Source: Eubacteriales bacterium (GTDB lineage: Bacteria > Bacillota > Clostridia > Oscillospirales > CAG-272). From it: DNA of 55,884 nt. The stretch lies in assembly GCA_045537595.1 (NCBI GenBank), contig JAZSPS010000011.1, forward strand, positions 1-55,884, written 5' to 3'. Position numbers and translations under genes: made by a program. Below, piece after piece: positions 30,588 through 40,784 of this stretch (position 1 is the first letter of the stretch; every line of letters starts with the position of its first letter). The notes beneath the pieces are model-generated. The model did no database searches. It saw only the letters and a program-made list of their open reading frames with translations, and was not told where the DNA came from.

Positions 30588-31442
30588 ATGTACAAAATAG
30601 TAAAAAAGGAAAAATTAAATCAAACAGTTACCTTAATGGAGATTGAGGCTCCCTTTGTTGCGGCTAAAGCGGAACCGGGTCAGTTTATTATACTCCGTGT
30701 GAACGAAGACGGAGAGAGAATTCCTCTTACTGTGGCAGGCTATGACAGAGAGAAAGGTACGGTTACGATCATTTTTCAGGTTGTGGGTGCTACAACGGCG
30801 CTGTTGGATCATAAAAATGAAGGAGAATTCATTTGTGATTTTGTGGGACCGCTCGGAAATAAAACTGAGGTTGAGGGACTGCGCAAGGTATGTATCGTAG
30901 GCGGCGGAGTTGGTTGCGCGATTGCGTTGCCTGTTGCTCAAAAGCTACATGAATTGGGCTGTCATGTCACATCGATTATCGGTTTTCGCTCAAAGGAGCT
31001 GCTGATCCTTGAGAAGGAATTTAAATCGGCATCGGATGAATTGATCGTTATGACAGATGATGGGTCATATGGAAGAGAAGGAAATGTTTGCGTACCGCTT
31101 CGTGAAATCTTCGAACGAGGTGAAAGCTTTGATAAGGTAATCACCATTGGACCGCTTATTATGATGAAATTTGTGGTAGAAGAGGTTCGGCCTACAGGGA
31201 TTCCGTGTATTGCGTCTATGAATCCTATCATGATTGATGGAACGGGTATGTGCGGCGGATGCCGTCTTACATTAAATCGAGACGGAAAGAAGATAACGGA
31301 ATTTGCCTGCGTCAATGGCCCCGAATTCAATGGATATGAGATCGATTTCGATGAAGCCATGTCCCGAGGCAATATGTACCGAGACTTTGAACGTCACGCG
31401 TATGAAAAAAACTGTAACCTTTTCGCAAAGGAGAGCGAATAA
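30588..31442 (+). CDS. nfnA: NfnA, small subunit of NADH-dependent reduced ferredoxin:NADP+ oxidoreductase
   Basis: PGQFIILR, GERIPLT, GGGVG, DGTGMCGGCR...C [2Fe-2S] motif; paired with nfnB. Confidence 0.88.
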   Translation: MYKIVKKEKLNQTVTLMEIEAPFVAAKAEPGQFIILRVNEDGERIPLTVAGYDREKGTVTIIFQVVGATTALLDHKNEGEFICDFVGPLGNKTEVEGLRKVCIVGGGVGCAIALPVAQKLHELGCHVTSIIGFRSKELLILEKEFKSASDELIVMTDDGSYGREGNVCVPLREIFERGESFDKVITIGPLIMMKFVVEEVRPTGIPCIASMNPIMIDGTGMCGGCRLTLNRDGKKITEFACVNGPEFNGYEIDFDEAMSRGNMYRDFERHAYEKNCNLFAKESE

Positions 31443-31444
31443 AA

Positions 31445-32884
31445 ATGGCAAATATGAGCTTAAAAAAGAATCCTATGCCTACACAGGATCCTCACGAGCG
31501 CGCACGTAATTTTGAAGAGGTAGCTTTGGGATACAGTGAGGAAGCCGCCATTGATGAGGCACTTCGTTGCTTGAACTGTAAGAATATGCCGTGCGTGACG
31601 GGGTGCCCTGTTAATATTCATATTCCTGAATTTATAGCAAAGGTTAAAGAAGGGGATTTTGAAGGCGCCTACCGAGTGATCCTTCAAAGCTCCAGTCTTC
31701 CGGCAGTGTGCGGCAGAGTATGCCCTCAGGAGAGCCAGTGCGAAAGCAAATGTGTGAGAGGAATCAAAGGAGAGCCTGTTGGAATCGGACGCTTGGAACG
31801 CTTTGTCGCGGATTGGCATAACGCTCATTCTGATGAAGCGCCAAAGACAGAAAAAACAAACGGACATAAGGTAGCGATAGTAGGAGCAGGTCCATCAGGG
31901 CTGACCTGCGCGGGGGATCTTGCGAAAAAAGGATACAAGGTGACCGTGTTTGAAGCATTACATGCCGCGGGCGGTGTCTTGGTGTACGGAATTCCCGAAT
32001 TTCGTCTGCCCAAATCCATCGTAAAAAAGGAGGTGGATAATTTGATCGCCATGGGCGTGGATATACAAACCAATATGGTAATCGGAAAAACCCTGACCGT
32101 GGATGAATTGTTTGAAGACGGATATGAGGCAGTGTTTATTGCGTCGGGAGCGGGACTTCCCAATTTTATGAATATTCCGGGCGAATCGTATAAGGGTGTG
32201 TATTCCGCTAATGAGTTTTTGACACGCTCTAACCTGATGAAAGCATACTTGGATGAACCTGTTACTCCCATTATGAAGGGCGGTCGGGTCGCTGTTGTGG
32301 GTGGCGGAAATGTAGCCATGGATGCGGCGAGAACTGCCTTGCGTTTAGGAGCGGAAAAGGTATATATCGTTTACCGACGATCCATGGAAGAGTTACCCGC
32401 TCGCCGTGAGGAGGTAGAGCATGCCATGGAGGAGGGAATTGAATTTATGCTCCTCAATAACCCCGTGGAAATTTTGGGATACAATAATTCTGAGGATAAA
32501 AGAGATCCTAAAAACGGTTTTGTCACAGGAATGAAATGCGTTCAAATGAAGCTTGGAGAGCCTGATGAACGAGGACGCCGCAAACCGATTCCCGTGGAGG
32601 GAAGTGAATTTGTTTTGGACGTGGATGCTGTTGTTATGTCTATTGGAACTTCTCCCAACCCTTTGATAAAAATGACTACATCGGGCATGGAGGTCAATAA
32701 ACGAGGCGGAATCATAGTCGAGGAAGCTACAGGAGCGACAACTCGTGAAGGCGTTTATGCAGGCGGCGATGCTGTTACAGGAGCGGCAACGGTAATATCC
32801 GCTATGGGAGCCGGGAAGATTGCCGCAAAGGCAATTGATGAATATATTGTAGGATCTAAAAACAATGAAACGGAAAGGATTTGA
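31445..32884 (+). CDS. nfnB: NfnB, large subunit (GltD-like; often annotated gltA)
   Basis: RCLNC..PC..GCP, CGRVCPQE..CE, GAGPSG, YGIPEFRLPK, GGGNVAMD, GGDAVTG. Confidence 0.88.
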   Translation: MANMSLKKNPMPTQDPHERARNFEEVALGYSEEAAIDEALRCLNCKNMPCVTGCPVNIHIPEFIAKVKEGDFEGAYRVILQSSSLPAVCGRVCPQESQCESKCVRGIKGEPVGIGRLERFVADWHNAHSDEAPKTEKTNGHKVAIVGAGPSGLTCAGDLAKKGYKVTVFEALHAAGGVLVYGIPEFRLPKSIVKKEVDNLIAMGVDIQTNMVIGKTLTVDELFEDGYEAVFIASGAGLPNFMNIPGESYKGVYSANEFLTRSNLMKAYLDEPVTPIMKGGRVAVVGGGNVAMDAARTALRLGAEKVYIVYRRSMEELPARREEVEHAMEEGIEFMLLNNPVEILGYNNSEDKRDPKNGFVTGMKCVQMKLGEPDERGRRKPIPVEGSEFVLDVDAVVMSIGTSPNPLIKMTTSGMEVNKRGGIIVEEATGATTREGVYAGGDAVTGAATVISAMGAGKIAAKAIDEYIVGSKNNETERI

Positions 32885-32896
32885 CCTAACCGAAAA

Positions 32897-32940
32897 AAAT
32901 AATGAGGTGTCTCACTTGTTTGTGAGACACCTCATTATTT
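32897..32940. terminator. Bidirectional terminator between nfnB and PHP gene
   Basis: 19-bp perfect stem AAATAATGAGGTGTCTCAC/GTGAGACACCTCATTATTT. Confidence 0.85.
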
Positions 32941-32969
32941 TGGCTGGGAGTGTCGCCTTGTGACAGCTC

Positions 32970-33728
32970 CTAAAATATTTTTTCTTCAAAAGCTAAGGGA
33001 ATTCCTAATTCCGTAATTTTTTTGCATGCCTCTATTACACGTTCAGGGGCATAATCCTCTACTCTGTGACCGTCAAAGCCAACACTTAACCGAACACCGG
33101 ATTCGCGGACGATGGCTTGCTGCTCTTTATTTTTAAAGAATTCAAGCACATATGGATGCAGTCGGTAATGATGGGTGCTGTCGTAATTTACATTAATTTC
33201 CCAAAAGATTCCCTGATCTGCCATGCGCTTAAAATAACGGGAAGGATCTTCCCCTAAATGCCTGATAAAGGAAAATAGATCGGTGTGAGCCACGCCGGCA
33301 GGACAGCCGCAACGCTCAGCAAAGGAAAAGAGATCGCCTTTGGCAATAGAATTTTCGGGATTATCTAAATGTTCAATAAGACAGTAATCAAAAAAGGAGA
33401 TATCCTCACAGGGAGGTAAAGCATAACGGTGTCCCTCTTGAACTAAGGTTCCAACCTCAATCCCGCGAAGAATACAAATTTTTTTGGCATATTTTTCCTG
33501 AATGAGGGAAATATGATCAAAATATCTCCTCAAAGTAAGCCCATATTCATCGGGAACCACTTCCACAGGTAAATGACGTATCTCTTTTCGGGAGTTCCCG
33601 ATTCCATGATTGTGGTCGCATATACCGAATAATTCAATTCCGGCTGAAATTGCTGCTTCCACGATCTTTTCGGGATTGTCTTTTCCACAAAAGGAATAGT
33701 AGGTGTGAGAGTGTAGATCTTGAATCAT
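32970..33728 (-). CDS. PHP-domain phosphoesterase
   Basis: DLHSHT, CDHNH, GIE, AH, EIN, DGH metal-binding motifs. Confidence 0.85.
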   Translation of the reverse strand: MIQDLHSHTYYSFCGKDNPEKIVEAAISAGIELFGICDHNHGIGNSRKEIRHLPVEVVPDEYGLTLRRYFDHISLIQEKYAKKICILRGIEVGTLVQEGHRYALPPCEDISFFDYCLIEHLDNPENSIAKGDLFSFAERCGCPAGVAHTDLFSFIRHLGEDPSRYFKRMADQGIFWEINVNYDSTHHYRLHPYVLEFFKNKEQQAIVRESGVRLSVGFDGHRVEDYAPERVIEACKKITELGIPLAFEEKIF

Positions 33729-33771
33729 ATAAGCTCCTTAAAAATCATTCTCCAAGTGTGAAATATGAATT

Positions 33772-35256
33772 TTACTTGTGATATAATTTTTTTGTTTCGT
33801 AAATTGGTTCACAGGTAAGATCTATACCCAATTTTCTGTAAATGTTTTTGTCAACCGCGGAAACGATTACACTAACATGGGCCTGACAGCCCCTCAATTT
33901 GGGAAGCTGCTCCATGGCATGCGCTGCCATAGGATTGGTCGTGGCGGAAATAGCCAAAGCCATCAAAATTTCATCCGCGTGAAGACGGGGATTCTGGTTC
34001 CCCAAATTTTCTATTTTTAGCTTTTGCAAAGGCTCGATTACAACAGGGGGAAGAAGTAAGAATTCGTCATTGATTCCTCCCAGCTTCTTTAAAGCGTTTA
34101 GAAGAACCGCGGCAACAGAACCCATGAGCTTAGAGGTCTTTCCCGTGACGACAGAACCGTCCGGTAACTCAATCGCAGCGGCAGGCGCGCCAGTTTCCTC
34201 GGCTTTCGTTAAAGCGAATTTCACGACTTGACGAAAACCCGTGTCGATTCCGGCTTGATTCATAATTAACTCTGCCTTATAAACCTCATCCGCATCAGCT
34301 AAGCCGTTTCGTTTGCGGCAAAGCGTATCATAGTATCGTCTTACGATCTCCATTTTTGAGGCATAGCAAGCGGCATCATTATCGGTGATGCAATAACCCG
34401 CCATATTTACTCCCATGTCAGTAGGTGATTTATAAGGGCACTCTCCATAAATCTTTTCAAAAATAGCCTTTAAAACAGGGAAAATCTCAATATCTCGATT
34501 GTAATTTACCGTAGTGACCCCTGTCGCCTCTAAATGAAAAGGATCGATCATATTGACATCATTTAAATCGATGGTGGCAGCCTCATATGCCATGTTGACA
34601 GGATGCTTCAGAGGAAGGTTCCAAACAGGGAAGGTCTCAAATTTTGCGTATCCCGCTTTAATACCGCGCTTATGGTCGTGATAAAGCTGTGAAAGACAGG
34701 TCGCCATCTTACCGCTTCCGGGACCGGGGGCGGTAATAACGATCAGAGATTTGGTGGTTTCGATATATTCATTTTTTCCGTAGCCGTTGTCACTTACGAT
34801 CTTGCGGACATTGGTGGGGTATCCTTCAATAGGATAATGGCGGTAAACCTTGATGCCAAGGTTGTCCAATCGTTTAATAAAAGCATCAACGGAGGGCTGC
34901 TGCATATACTGAGTAATGACGACGCCGCCTACAAAGATTCCGATATCAGAGAATGTGTCGATCAAGCGCAACGCATCCAGGTCATAAGAAATTCCTAAAT
35001 CACCGCGCATTTTGTTTTGCTCAATGGAGGTAGCGGAAACAACAATAATAACCTCAGCGTCTTCCTTCATATTCAAAAGCATTTTTATTTTGCTGTCAGG
35101 CTGGAAGCCGGGCAAGACACGGGAGGCGTGATAATCATCAAATAATTTACCTCCAAACTCAAGATATAATTTACCGCCAAAGCTTGAAATTCTCTCTTGA
35201 ATTTTTTTGGACTGCAATTGAATATATTTATCATTATCAAAGCTAATCGAGATCAT
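33772..35256 (-). CDS. DUF1846 (UPF0371) protein with P-loop
   Basis: KLYLEFGGKLFDDYHASRVLPGF, APGPGSGKMATC, GYAKFETFP; start moved to ATG 35256 after GAGG. Confidence 0.88.
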   Translation of the reverse strand: MISISFDNDKYIQLQSKKIQERISSFGGKLYLEFGGKLFDDYHASRVLPGFQPDSKIKMLLNMKEDAEVIIVVSATSIEQNKMRGDLGISYDLDALRLIDTFSDIGIFVGGVVITQYMQQPSVDAFIKRLDNLGIKVYRHYPIEGYPTNVRKIVSDNGYGKNEYIETTKSLIVITAPGPGSGKMATCLSQLYHDHKRGIKAGYAKFETFPVWNLPLKHPVNMAYEAATIDLNDVNMIDPFHLEATGVTTVNYNRDIEIFPVLKAIFEKIYGECPYKSPTDMGVNMAGYCITDNDAACYASKMEIVRRYYDTLCRKRNGLADADEVYKAELIMNQAGIDTGFRQVVKFALTKAEETGAPAAAIELPDGSVVTGKTSKLMGSVAAVLLNALKKLGGINDEFLLLPPVVIEPLQKLKIENLGNQNPRLHADEILMALAISATTNPMAAHAMEQLPKLRGCQAHVSVIVSAVDKNIYRKLGIDLTCEPIYETKKLYHK

Positions 35257-35305
35257 AAAATCCTCACTCATATACTTATAAAGTAAAAATATCACCAATA
35301 CATAT

Positions 35306-35334
35306 ATTTTAATACATTTTGAAATTTTTTTCAA
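35306..35334 (-). promoter_or_regulatory. Possible sigma-A promoter of DUF1846-PHP
   Basis: Minus strand TTGAAA-17 bp-TAAAAT; region is very AT-rich. Confidence 0.45.
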
Positions 35335-35491
35335 GTGTTTATATAAAATATATTTAATTATTTTTCTATATTTTATAATTGTTATATAAATAATGATATG
35401 CAGGAATTGTCAAAAAATGTTTGCGCGCATATGCTGATAAAGAAGAAAAGCCATTGGCTTTGATATTTGATTTAGGAGGAATAACTATAAT

Positions 35492-36334
35492 ATGTCAGAT
35501 AACAAATTTTGCTGTACAGGAAACGAAAGAAACTCCGCTCGATCAGAAATGGTGTGCATTGAAACCAACCGTATCCTTGATTCATGCCGAGATCGGGATT
35601 GCTTCGAGGATGTAAAGGTGTTATTAACCGATTTTGGTAATGATATATTGGAGCATACAACAAACATTCGCGCGAAAAGCGCATGTATTACATGGACCTA
35701 TATCGGCATTGATCCGGTAAAATTTAACAGGGGATTTTATTCGGTAAATATCAAATTTTATATTAAGATCCTCTTTGAGGCATGCCTGTGCGGAGGACGC
35801 AGTCAGGAATTTGAAGGGGTAGCTGTTTTAGAAAAGAAGGTTATTCTTTATGGAAGCGAAAGCAATGTAAGTATATTTAAGAGCAATCCCGATACGTCGG
35901 ATTATTGCGCTGTGCCCGAACCCTGCTGTTCTACCAAAAACGTTCCCATTGCTATCGTAGAGGTAGTAGATCCTATTGTTTTGAATATGAAGGTTCGTGA
36001 AGCGGAGGAGTGCTGCTCGTGCTGCTGTTGCTGCTGTAGCGATCTTCCCGAGACGGTGTCTTCAAGAATCAACGGAACCTTGAATGACAGTGATGGAAGA
36101 TATCTTACGGTATCTCTCGGCGTGTTCTCCGTCGTTCGTATCGTTCGCCCCGCGCAATACCTGATCAACGCTACCGAATACTGCGTTCCCGATAAGGAAT
36201 GTGTTTCCGCGGAAGAGGATAATCCTTGCGCGATCTTCCGCAATATGGCATTTCCCACATCGGAATTTTGCCCCCCCGATTTCGTTCCGGTCAAAGGAGA
36301 CAAAAATAACGGCAAATGCGGATGCGGTAATTAA
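35492..36334 (+). CDS. Cysteine-rich putative spore coat/exosporium protein
   Basis: RBS AGGAGG; 25 Cys in 280 aa including CCSCCCCCC; N-terminal CIxxxRILDSCxxxDC pattern. Confidence 0.6.
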   Translation: MSDNKFCCTGNERNSARSEMVCIETNRILDSCRDRDCFEDVKVLLTDFGNDILEHTTNIRAKSACITWTYIGIDPVKFNRGFYSVNIKFYIKILFEACLCGGRSQEFEGVAVLEKKVILYGSESNVSIFKSNPDTSDYCAVPEPCCSTKNVPIAIVEVVDPIVLNMKVREAEECCSCCCCCCSDLPETVSSRINGTLNDSDGRYLTVSLGVFSVVRIVRPAQYLINATEYCVPDKECVSAEEDNPCAIFRNMAFPTSEFCPPDFVPVKGDKNNGKCGCGN

Positions 36335-36348
36335 ATAAGAAAATAAAT

Positions 36349-36389
36349 AAAGAATTCGGCTGCCGCTTTGGGCGACAGCCGAATTCTTT
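36349..36389. terminator. Bidirectional terminator
   Basis: AAAGAATTCGGCTG/CAGCCGAATTCTTT between convergent genes. Confidence 0.85.
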
Positions 36390-37177
36390 TAAAATGACTC
36401 AAAAGATTTATTAAGAAAAGCTTGGGTTAAAGGGGAATGAGGATGATCAAAAATATCTGTCGGACTGCCTTGCTCCTCAATAATGCCGTTTGCCATAAAA
36501 ATGACCTCATCCGAAACGTTTTTCGCGAAATCCATTTCATGGGTTACAACAACCATAGTGCAATCCGATGATTTTAAATCTCGTATAACACGTAAAACCT
36601 CACCGGTCAATTCAGGATCAAGAGCAGAGGTTGGCTCGTCAAAACAGAGAATATCAGGAGCGAGAGCCAATGCTCTTGCAATGGCAACACGCTGTTGCTG
36701 ACCTCCGGATAACTCACAGGGATAGGAAGTTGCTTTTTCCGTAAGGCCTACCTTTTTCAAAAGCTCCCAAGCATTGGAAACAATTTCCTCGGATCTGAGC
36801 TTAGCGTCTTCCTTTGAAAGCTTTTCATCCTTCAAACGAAGAATGGGTGCCAAGGTAATGTTATCCAAAACATTGTATTGAGGAAAGAGGTTGAAGGACT
36901 GAAAAACAAGACCGAAATGCAATCGATTGCTACGGATCTCAGGCTCCTTTACTTTTTTATGAAGGGAAGCATCAAAAATGACCTCACCATTAATGGCAAT
37001 GGTACCGGTATCGGGTGTTTCTAAAAAATTAAGGCAACGGAGTAAGGTTGTTTTTCCGCTTCCGGACGAGCCAATGATGGAAAGGACCTTTCCTTTTTCC
37101 AAAGAAAAATCAATTCCTTTTAATACTTCAACCTTTCCAAAGCTTTTTGTAATATTGGAAACTTCAAGTAACGCCAT
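36389..37177 (-). CDS. Polar amino acid ABC transporter ATP-binding protein
   Basis: [36 protein letters not shown]. Confidence 0.93.
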   Translation of the reverse strand: MALLEVSNITKSFGKVEVLKGIDFSLEKGKVLSIIGSSGSGKTTLLRCLNFLETPDTGTIAINGEVIFDASLHKKVKEPEIRSNRLHFGLVFQSFNLFPQYNVLDNITLAPILRLKDEKLSKEDAKLRSEEIVSNAWELLKKVGLTEKATSYPCELSGGQQQRVAIARALALAPDILCFDEPTSALDPELTGEVLRVIRDLKSSDCTMVVVTHEMDFAKNVSDEVIFMANGIIEEQGSPTDIFDHPHSPLTQAFLNKSFESF

Positions 37178-37192
37178 AACGCCCTCCTTCCT

Positions 37193-37837
37193 TTATGCTT
37201 TGAAATAACTTAATTTCTTTTCGAAAAATCCGAAAAGGATCGTAAGCAGTCCCACAAAGATCAAATAGAAAACAGCAGTATAGAACATAGGCCATATCAA
37301 ACCGTAGCTGGTGAAAAATTCAGCCGCTTTCAGTATTTCAACGATCATGATAACACGCGCGAGAGCGGTATCCTTGACCAGTGTAATCACCTCATTTGAC
37401 ATAGGCGCAAGAATTCGCTTAATAACCTGAATCAGAACGATCTTAAAAAAGATTTGAGATTTTGTTAATCCTAAAACCTCACCGGCTTCATATTGTCCCT
37501 TGGAAATGCTTTCAATACCTCCGCGATAGATCTCAGAGAAATAACAGGCGTAATTTATTACGAACGCAATGATTACGGAAGCAAACCTTGATAGACCGGA
37601 AATATTAAAAACAAGACCGGGGACATAAAAAACAACAAAAATTTGAAGCATCAACGGAATACCGCGAATGATCCAAACAAAAACTCTGGTAATAGTAGCC
37701 AGCGGTTTAAATTTAGACATGGAGCCGAAAGAGATCACCAAACCCAAAGGAAGCGCTAACACAAGTGTTAGCGCAAAAATCAGGCAGGTCATTTCGAGCC
37801 CATTAAGTAAACTTAATGTAATTTCCCAAAAACCCAT
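37193..37837 (-). CDS. Polar amino acid ABC transporter permease
   Basis: RGIPLMLQ, SEIYRGGI..I.KGQYEA, LVKDTAL. Confidence 0.93.
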   Translation of the reverse strand: MGFWEITLSLLNGLEMTCLIFALTLVLALPLGLVISFGSMSKFKPLATITRVFVWIIRGIPLMLQIFVVFYVPGLVFNISGLSRFASVIIAFVINYACYFSEIYRGGIESISKGQYEAGEVLGLTKSQIFFKIVLIQVIKRILAPMSNEVITLVKDTALARVIMIVEILKAAEFFTSYGLIWPMFYTAVFYLIFVGLLTILFGFFEKKLSYFKA

Positions 37838-37876
37838 TTTATTTTCCTTTGTAAAAGTTATAATTCAGCGAAGAGA

Positions 37877-38662
37877 TCACTCAATGGTAACCTGCAAGCT
37901 GTTTTCCAAACCGTATTTTTTAGCGATTTCAAGAAGCTTTCCATTGTCATTGAGGGTCTTGATTGCTTCATTTACCTTAGCGGTAAGCTCGCTGCCTTTC
38001 TCAAAGCCGATGGCGTAGTATTCCGCATCCAAAACGATGCTCTCAACGATCGCGAGATCGGTGTAGTCACCCGAGCCGCAGATATTTTTAGCAAGAAGAA
38101 TGTCAACTACAGCAAAATCAGATGTGCCGGCCTTGATTTCGGTGAAAGCATTGATCTGAGCTGTTGTGGTGATGAGACTTCCGTTTTCGCCGATTACACC
38201 TTCAGCGTAAGAAGCACCGGCACTGCCGCCTTCGGCAACTGCCTTTTTGCCGGCAAGATCAGCCTCAGTGGAGTAAGAAGCCAAATTGTCCTTTTTAACA
38301 ACGATGCACTGCTGATTCAGCATATAGGTGTAAGAAAAGTCAACAAGATCCTTTCTCGGAATTCCATCATCAGAAGAGTTTGCGGTAAAACCGTTCCAGA
38401 TACAGTCAATATTTCCGGATTTTAACTCGGAATATTTCTGAGACCACTCGATGATCTGGAATTCAACTTCCATACCAAGCAACTTTCCAACTTCCATAGC
38501 AAACTCAGACTCAAAGCCGGTCCAGTTGCCGTTTTCGTCTTGCTCGTTCATGTTTTCAAAAATAGTTACTCCGCATACAAGGGTGTTATCATCCTTGCCG
38601 CAAGAAGCAAAAGAAAACAGGCACATAATCGAAACAAGTGCCAAGCAAATAATTTTTTTCAT
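37877..38662 (-). CDS. Amino acid ABC transporter substrate-binding lipoprotein
   Basis: Start ATG 38662 after GGAGG; lipobox FASC; family 3 SBP motifs (GFESE, IDCIWNG, EYYAIGF). Confidence 0.9.
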   Translation of the reverse strand: MKKIICLALVSIMCLFSFASCGKDDNTLVCGVTIFENMNEQDENGNWTGFESEFAMEVGKLLGMEVEFQIIEWSQKYSELKSGNIDCIWNGFTANSSDDGIPRKDLVDFSYTYMLNQQCIVVKKDNLASYSTEADLAGKKAVAEGGSAGASYAEGVIGENGSLITTTAQINAFTEIKAGTSDFAVVDILLAKNICGSGDYTDLAIVESIVLDAEYYAIGFEKGSELTAKVNEAIKTLNDNGKLLEIAKKYGLENSLQVTIE

Positions 38663-38734
38663 AATAAAAATACCTCCATCCGCCATAGCGGAAAATAAAA
38701 TTGTCTCGCAAAGCCGCAAGTAAAAAAATTTACC

Positions 38735-38752
38735 GCTTTACTTTGCTAAAGC
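38735..38752. promoter_or_regulatory. Palindromic candidate operator GCTTTA-N6-TAAAGC
   Basis: Perfect inverted repeat at the predicted transcription start of the ABC operon. Confidence 0.55.
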
Positions 38753-38758
38753 ATTATT

Positions 38759-38787
38759 ATATTACCATAGAAAGTAGTTTTTGTCAA
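38759..38787 (-). promoter_or_regulatory. Sigma-A promoter of amino acid ABC operon
   Basis: Minus strand TTGACA-17 bp-TAATAT with extended TG. Confidence 0.75.
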
Positions 38788-38878
38788 GCCTTTTTTGGAA
38801 ATTTTTCAGAAAATGACAAAATAAAACCAAGTGTCGAAAAAAATTAGTATTTTTAGGAATTATTTTACTTTTTTTCTA

Positions 38879-38907
38879 TTGAAATTTACGGTCAATTGAT
38901 ATATAAT
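38879..38907 (+). promoter_or_regulatory. Sigma-A promoter of phosphohexomutase gene
   Basis: TTGAAA-17 bp-TATAAT. Confidence 0.65.
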
Positions 38908-38938
38908 AAAAATATAATTACTTTGTGAGGTGGAAATA

Positions 38939-40618
38939 ATGAACTATCGCGAAAATTATGAGCATTGGCGTAACAATTTGACAGCGGATGATGCAATGCT
39001 ATCTGAATTGAAAAATATGGAGAATAATGAGCAAGAGATTAAAGAACGCTTTTATTGCGATCTTGAATTTGGAACAGGCGGTTTGCGCGGTCTGATTGGT
39101 GCGGGAACAAACAGAATCAATAAATATATGATCCGAAAAACAACACAGGGATACGCCGAATACATAAAAAAAGCGGGAAAAGCCGCTTGCGAAAGAGGCG
39201 TTGTCATCGCGCATGACAACCGCCGCTTTAGTGTCGAATTTTCAGAAGAGACTGCGGGCGTATTGGCTGCGAATGGAATCAAAGCCTACCTGTTCGACTC
39301 CTTGCGTCCCACTCCCGAGCTTTCCTTTGCCGTAAGAGAACTGAACGCCTTTGGCGGCGTTGTTATTACCGCGTCTCATAATCCTCCCGAATATAACGGA
39401 TATAAGCTTTATGACGAGCGAGGATGTCAGCTGGTTCCCGAGGTGAATGACCTTGTGGTGGAAGAGATCAACGCTGTATCCGATCCCTTGGCGGTTAAGA
39501 GCTTGCGTAAGAGCGAGGCGGGAGACCTGATCGAAATTCTCAGTGCCGAGATAGATGAAACCTATTATAAAACCGTTATGGCACTGGCACTTCAGCCGGC
39601 GCTTGATAAAAAGGCAATTAAGATCGTATATTCTCCTCAGCACGGAACAGGAAATGTGCCTGTAAGAACGGTTTTGGATCGTTTGGGATATCATGTAATT
39701 CCCGTAGAAGAGCAGTGTACACCCGATACCGAGTTCAGTAAGACCTTGAACCCAAACCCCGAAACAGCGGAGGCGTACGTTTTGGCTCTGGAGTACGCGG
39801 AGAAAAACGACGCGGATATTGTGATCACCACGGACCCCGATTGCGACCGTCTCGGTGTGGCAGTTAAGCATAAGGGCGAATACGTACGTATGACAGGAAA
39901 CCAATCGGCGGCTGTGCTTTTGGAATACATCCTGTCACAGCGTAAAGCTCAGGGAACCTTGCCTGAGAATGGTGTAATGTTCAATACCATCGTAACCTCG
40001 GATCTTGGCGACCGCATTTGCGCGGATTACGGTGTGTCGGTTGAAAAAACATTGACAGGCTTTAAGTTTATCGGAGATAAGATCTATACACACGAGCTTA
40101 AGCGGGATAAGGTATTTGTGTTTGGATATGAAGAAAGCTACGGCTGCTTGATCTCCGATTGTGTTCGTGATAAGGATGCGGTGCAAGCGGCAATGATGCT
40201 ATGCGAGGCGGTGGCACACTACCACGCCAAAGGCTTGACATTGATCGATGCTCTTGAAGTCTTGTACGAAAAATATGGATTTTTCATGGATGCGTTGGAT
40301 AATTTTACCTTCAAGGGCTTGGACGGAGCAGATAAAATTACCGCTCTCGTTAACGGCTTGAGAAACGATCCTCCCAAGAAAGCAGGGGAGATCGAGGTGC
40401 TGGAAATGGAGGATTACCAGTCCAAAAAAATGCTGGACGCAGGCTTCCCCCGTTCCAATGTGCTTCGCTTCATTATGAAGGATGGAAGCTGGGTAGCTGT
40501 TCGTCCCAGCGGAACCGAGCCTAAGTGTAAATTCTATTTCAGCATTGTGGCTAAGAATCGTGAAGAGGCAACAAATAAGCTGAAGGATATGCGCGATACC
40601 TTTGAAAAGAATTGCTGA
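38939..40618 (+). CDS. pgm: Phosphoglucomutase/phosphomannomutase
   Basis: FGTGGLRG, ITASHNP, DPDCDR, GYEES, RPSGTEPK; ATG 38939 after GAGGTG (GTG 38930 alternative). Confidence 0.92.
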   Translation: MNYRENYEHWRNNLTADDAMLSELKNMENNEQEIKERFYCDLEFGTGGLRGLIGAGTNRINKYMIRKTTQGYAEYIKKAGKAACERGVVIAHDNRRFSVEFSEETAGVLAANGIKAYLFDSLRPTPELSFAVRELNAFGGVVITASHNPPEYNGYKLYDERGCQLVPEVNDLVVEEINAVSDPLAVKSLRKSEAGDLIEILSAEIDETYYKTVMALALQPALDKKAIKIVYSPQHGTGNVPVRTVLDRLGYHVIPVEEQCTPDTEFSKTLNPNPETAEAYVLALEYAEKNDADIVITTDPDCDRLGVAVKHKGEYVRMTGNQSAAVLLEYILSQRKAQGTLPENGVMFNTIVTSDLGDRICADYGVSVEKTLTGFKFIGDKIYTHELKRDKVFVFGYEESYGCLISDCVRDKDAVQAAMMLCEAVAHYHAKGLTLIDALEVLYEKYGFFMDALDNFTFKGLDGADKITALVNGLRNDPPKKAGEIEVLEMEDYQSKKMLDAGFPRSNVLRFIMKDGSWVAVRPSGTEPKCKFYFSIVAKNREEATNKLKDMRDTFEKNC

Positions 40619-40670
40619 AATAAGTAAAAAGTAAAAGAAGGATGCTGTATTAAGACAACTCCAACATCAT

Positions 40671-40716
40671 AAAAACATCAAAGCCATCGGCAAACGCCGA
40701 TGGCTTTGATGTTTTT
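40671..40716. terminator. Bidirectional terminator
   Basis: 21-bp perfect stem AAAAACATCAAAGCCATCGGC/GCCGATGGCTTTGATGTTTTT. Confidence 0.85.
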
Positions 40717-40784
40717 GAGCTTGCGAGACAATGTTGTATAAAAGAAGCTTCCCCAAAATCGTTAGGGAATAAAAACCTTAAAGA

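Noticed and set aside
31445-32884. Calling this a stand-alone glutamate synthase
   Set aside because: No gltB large subunit nearby, and pairing with an NfnA-type gene favours NfnB
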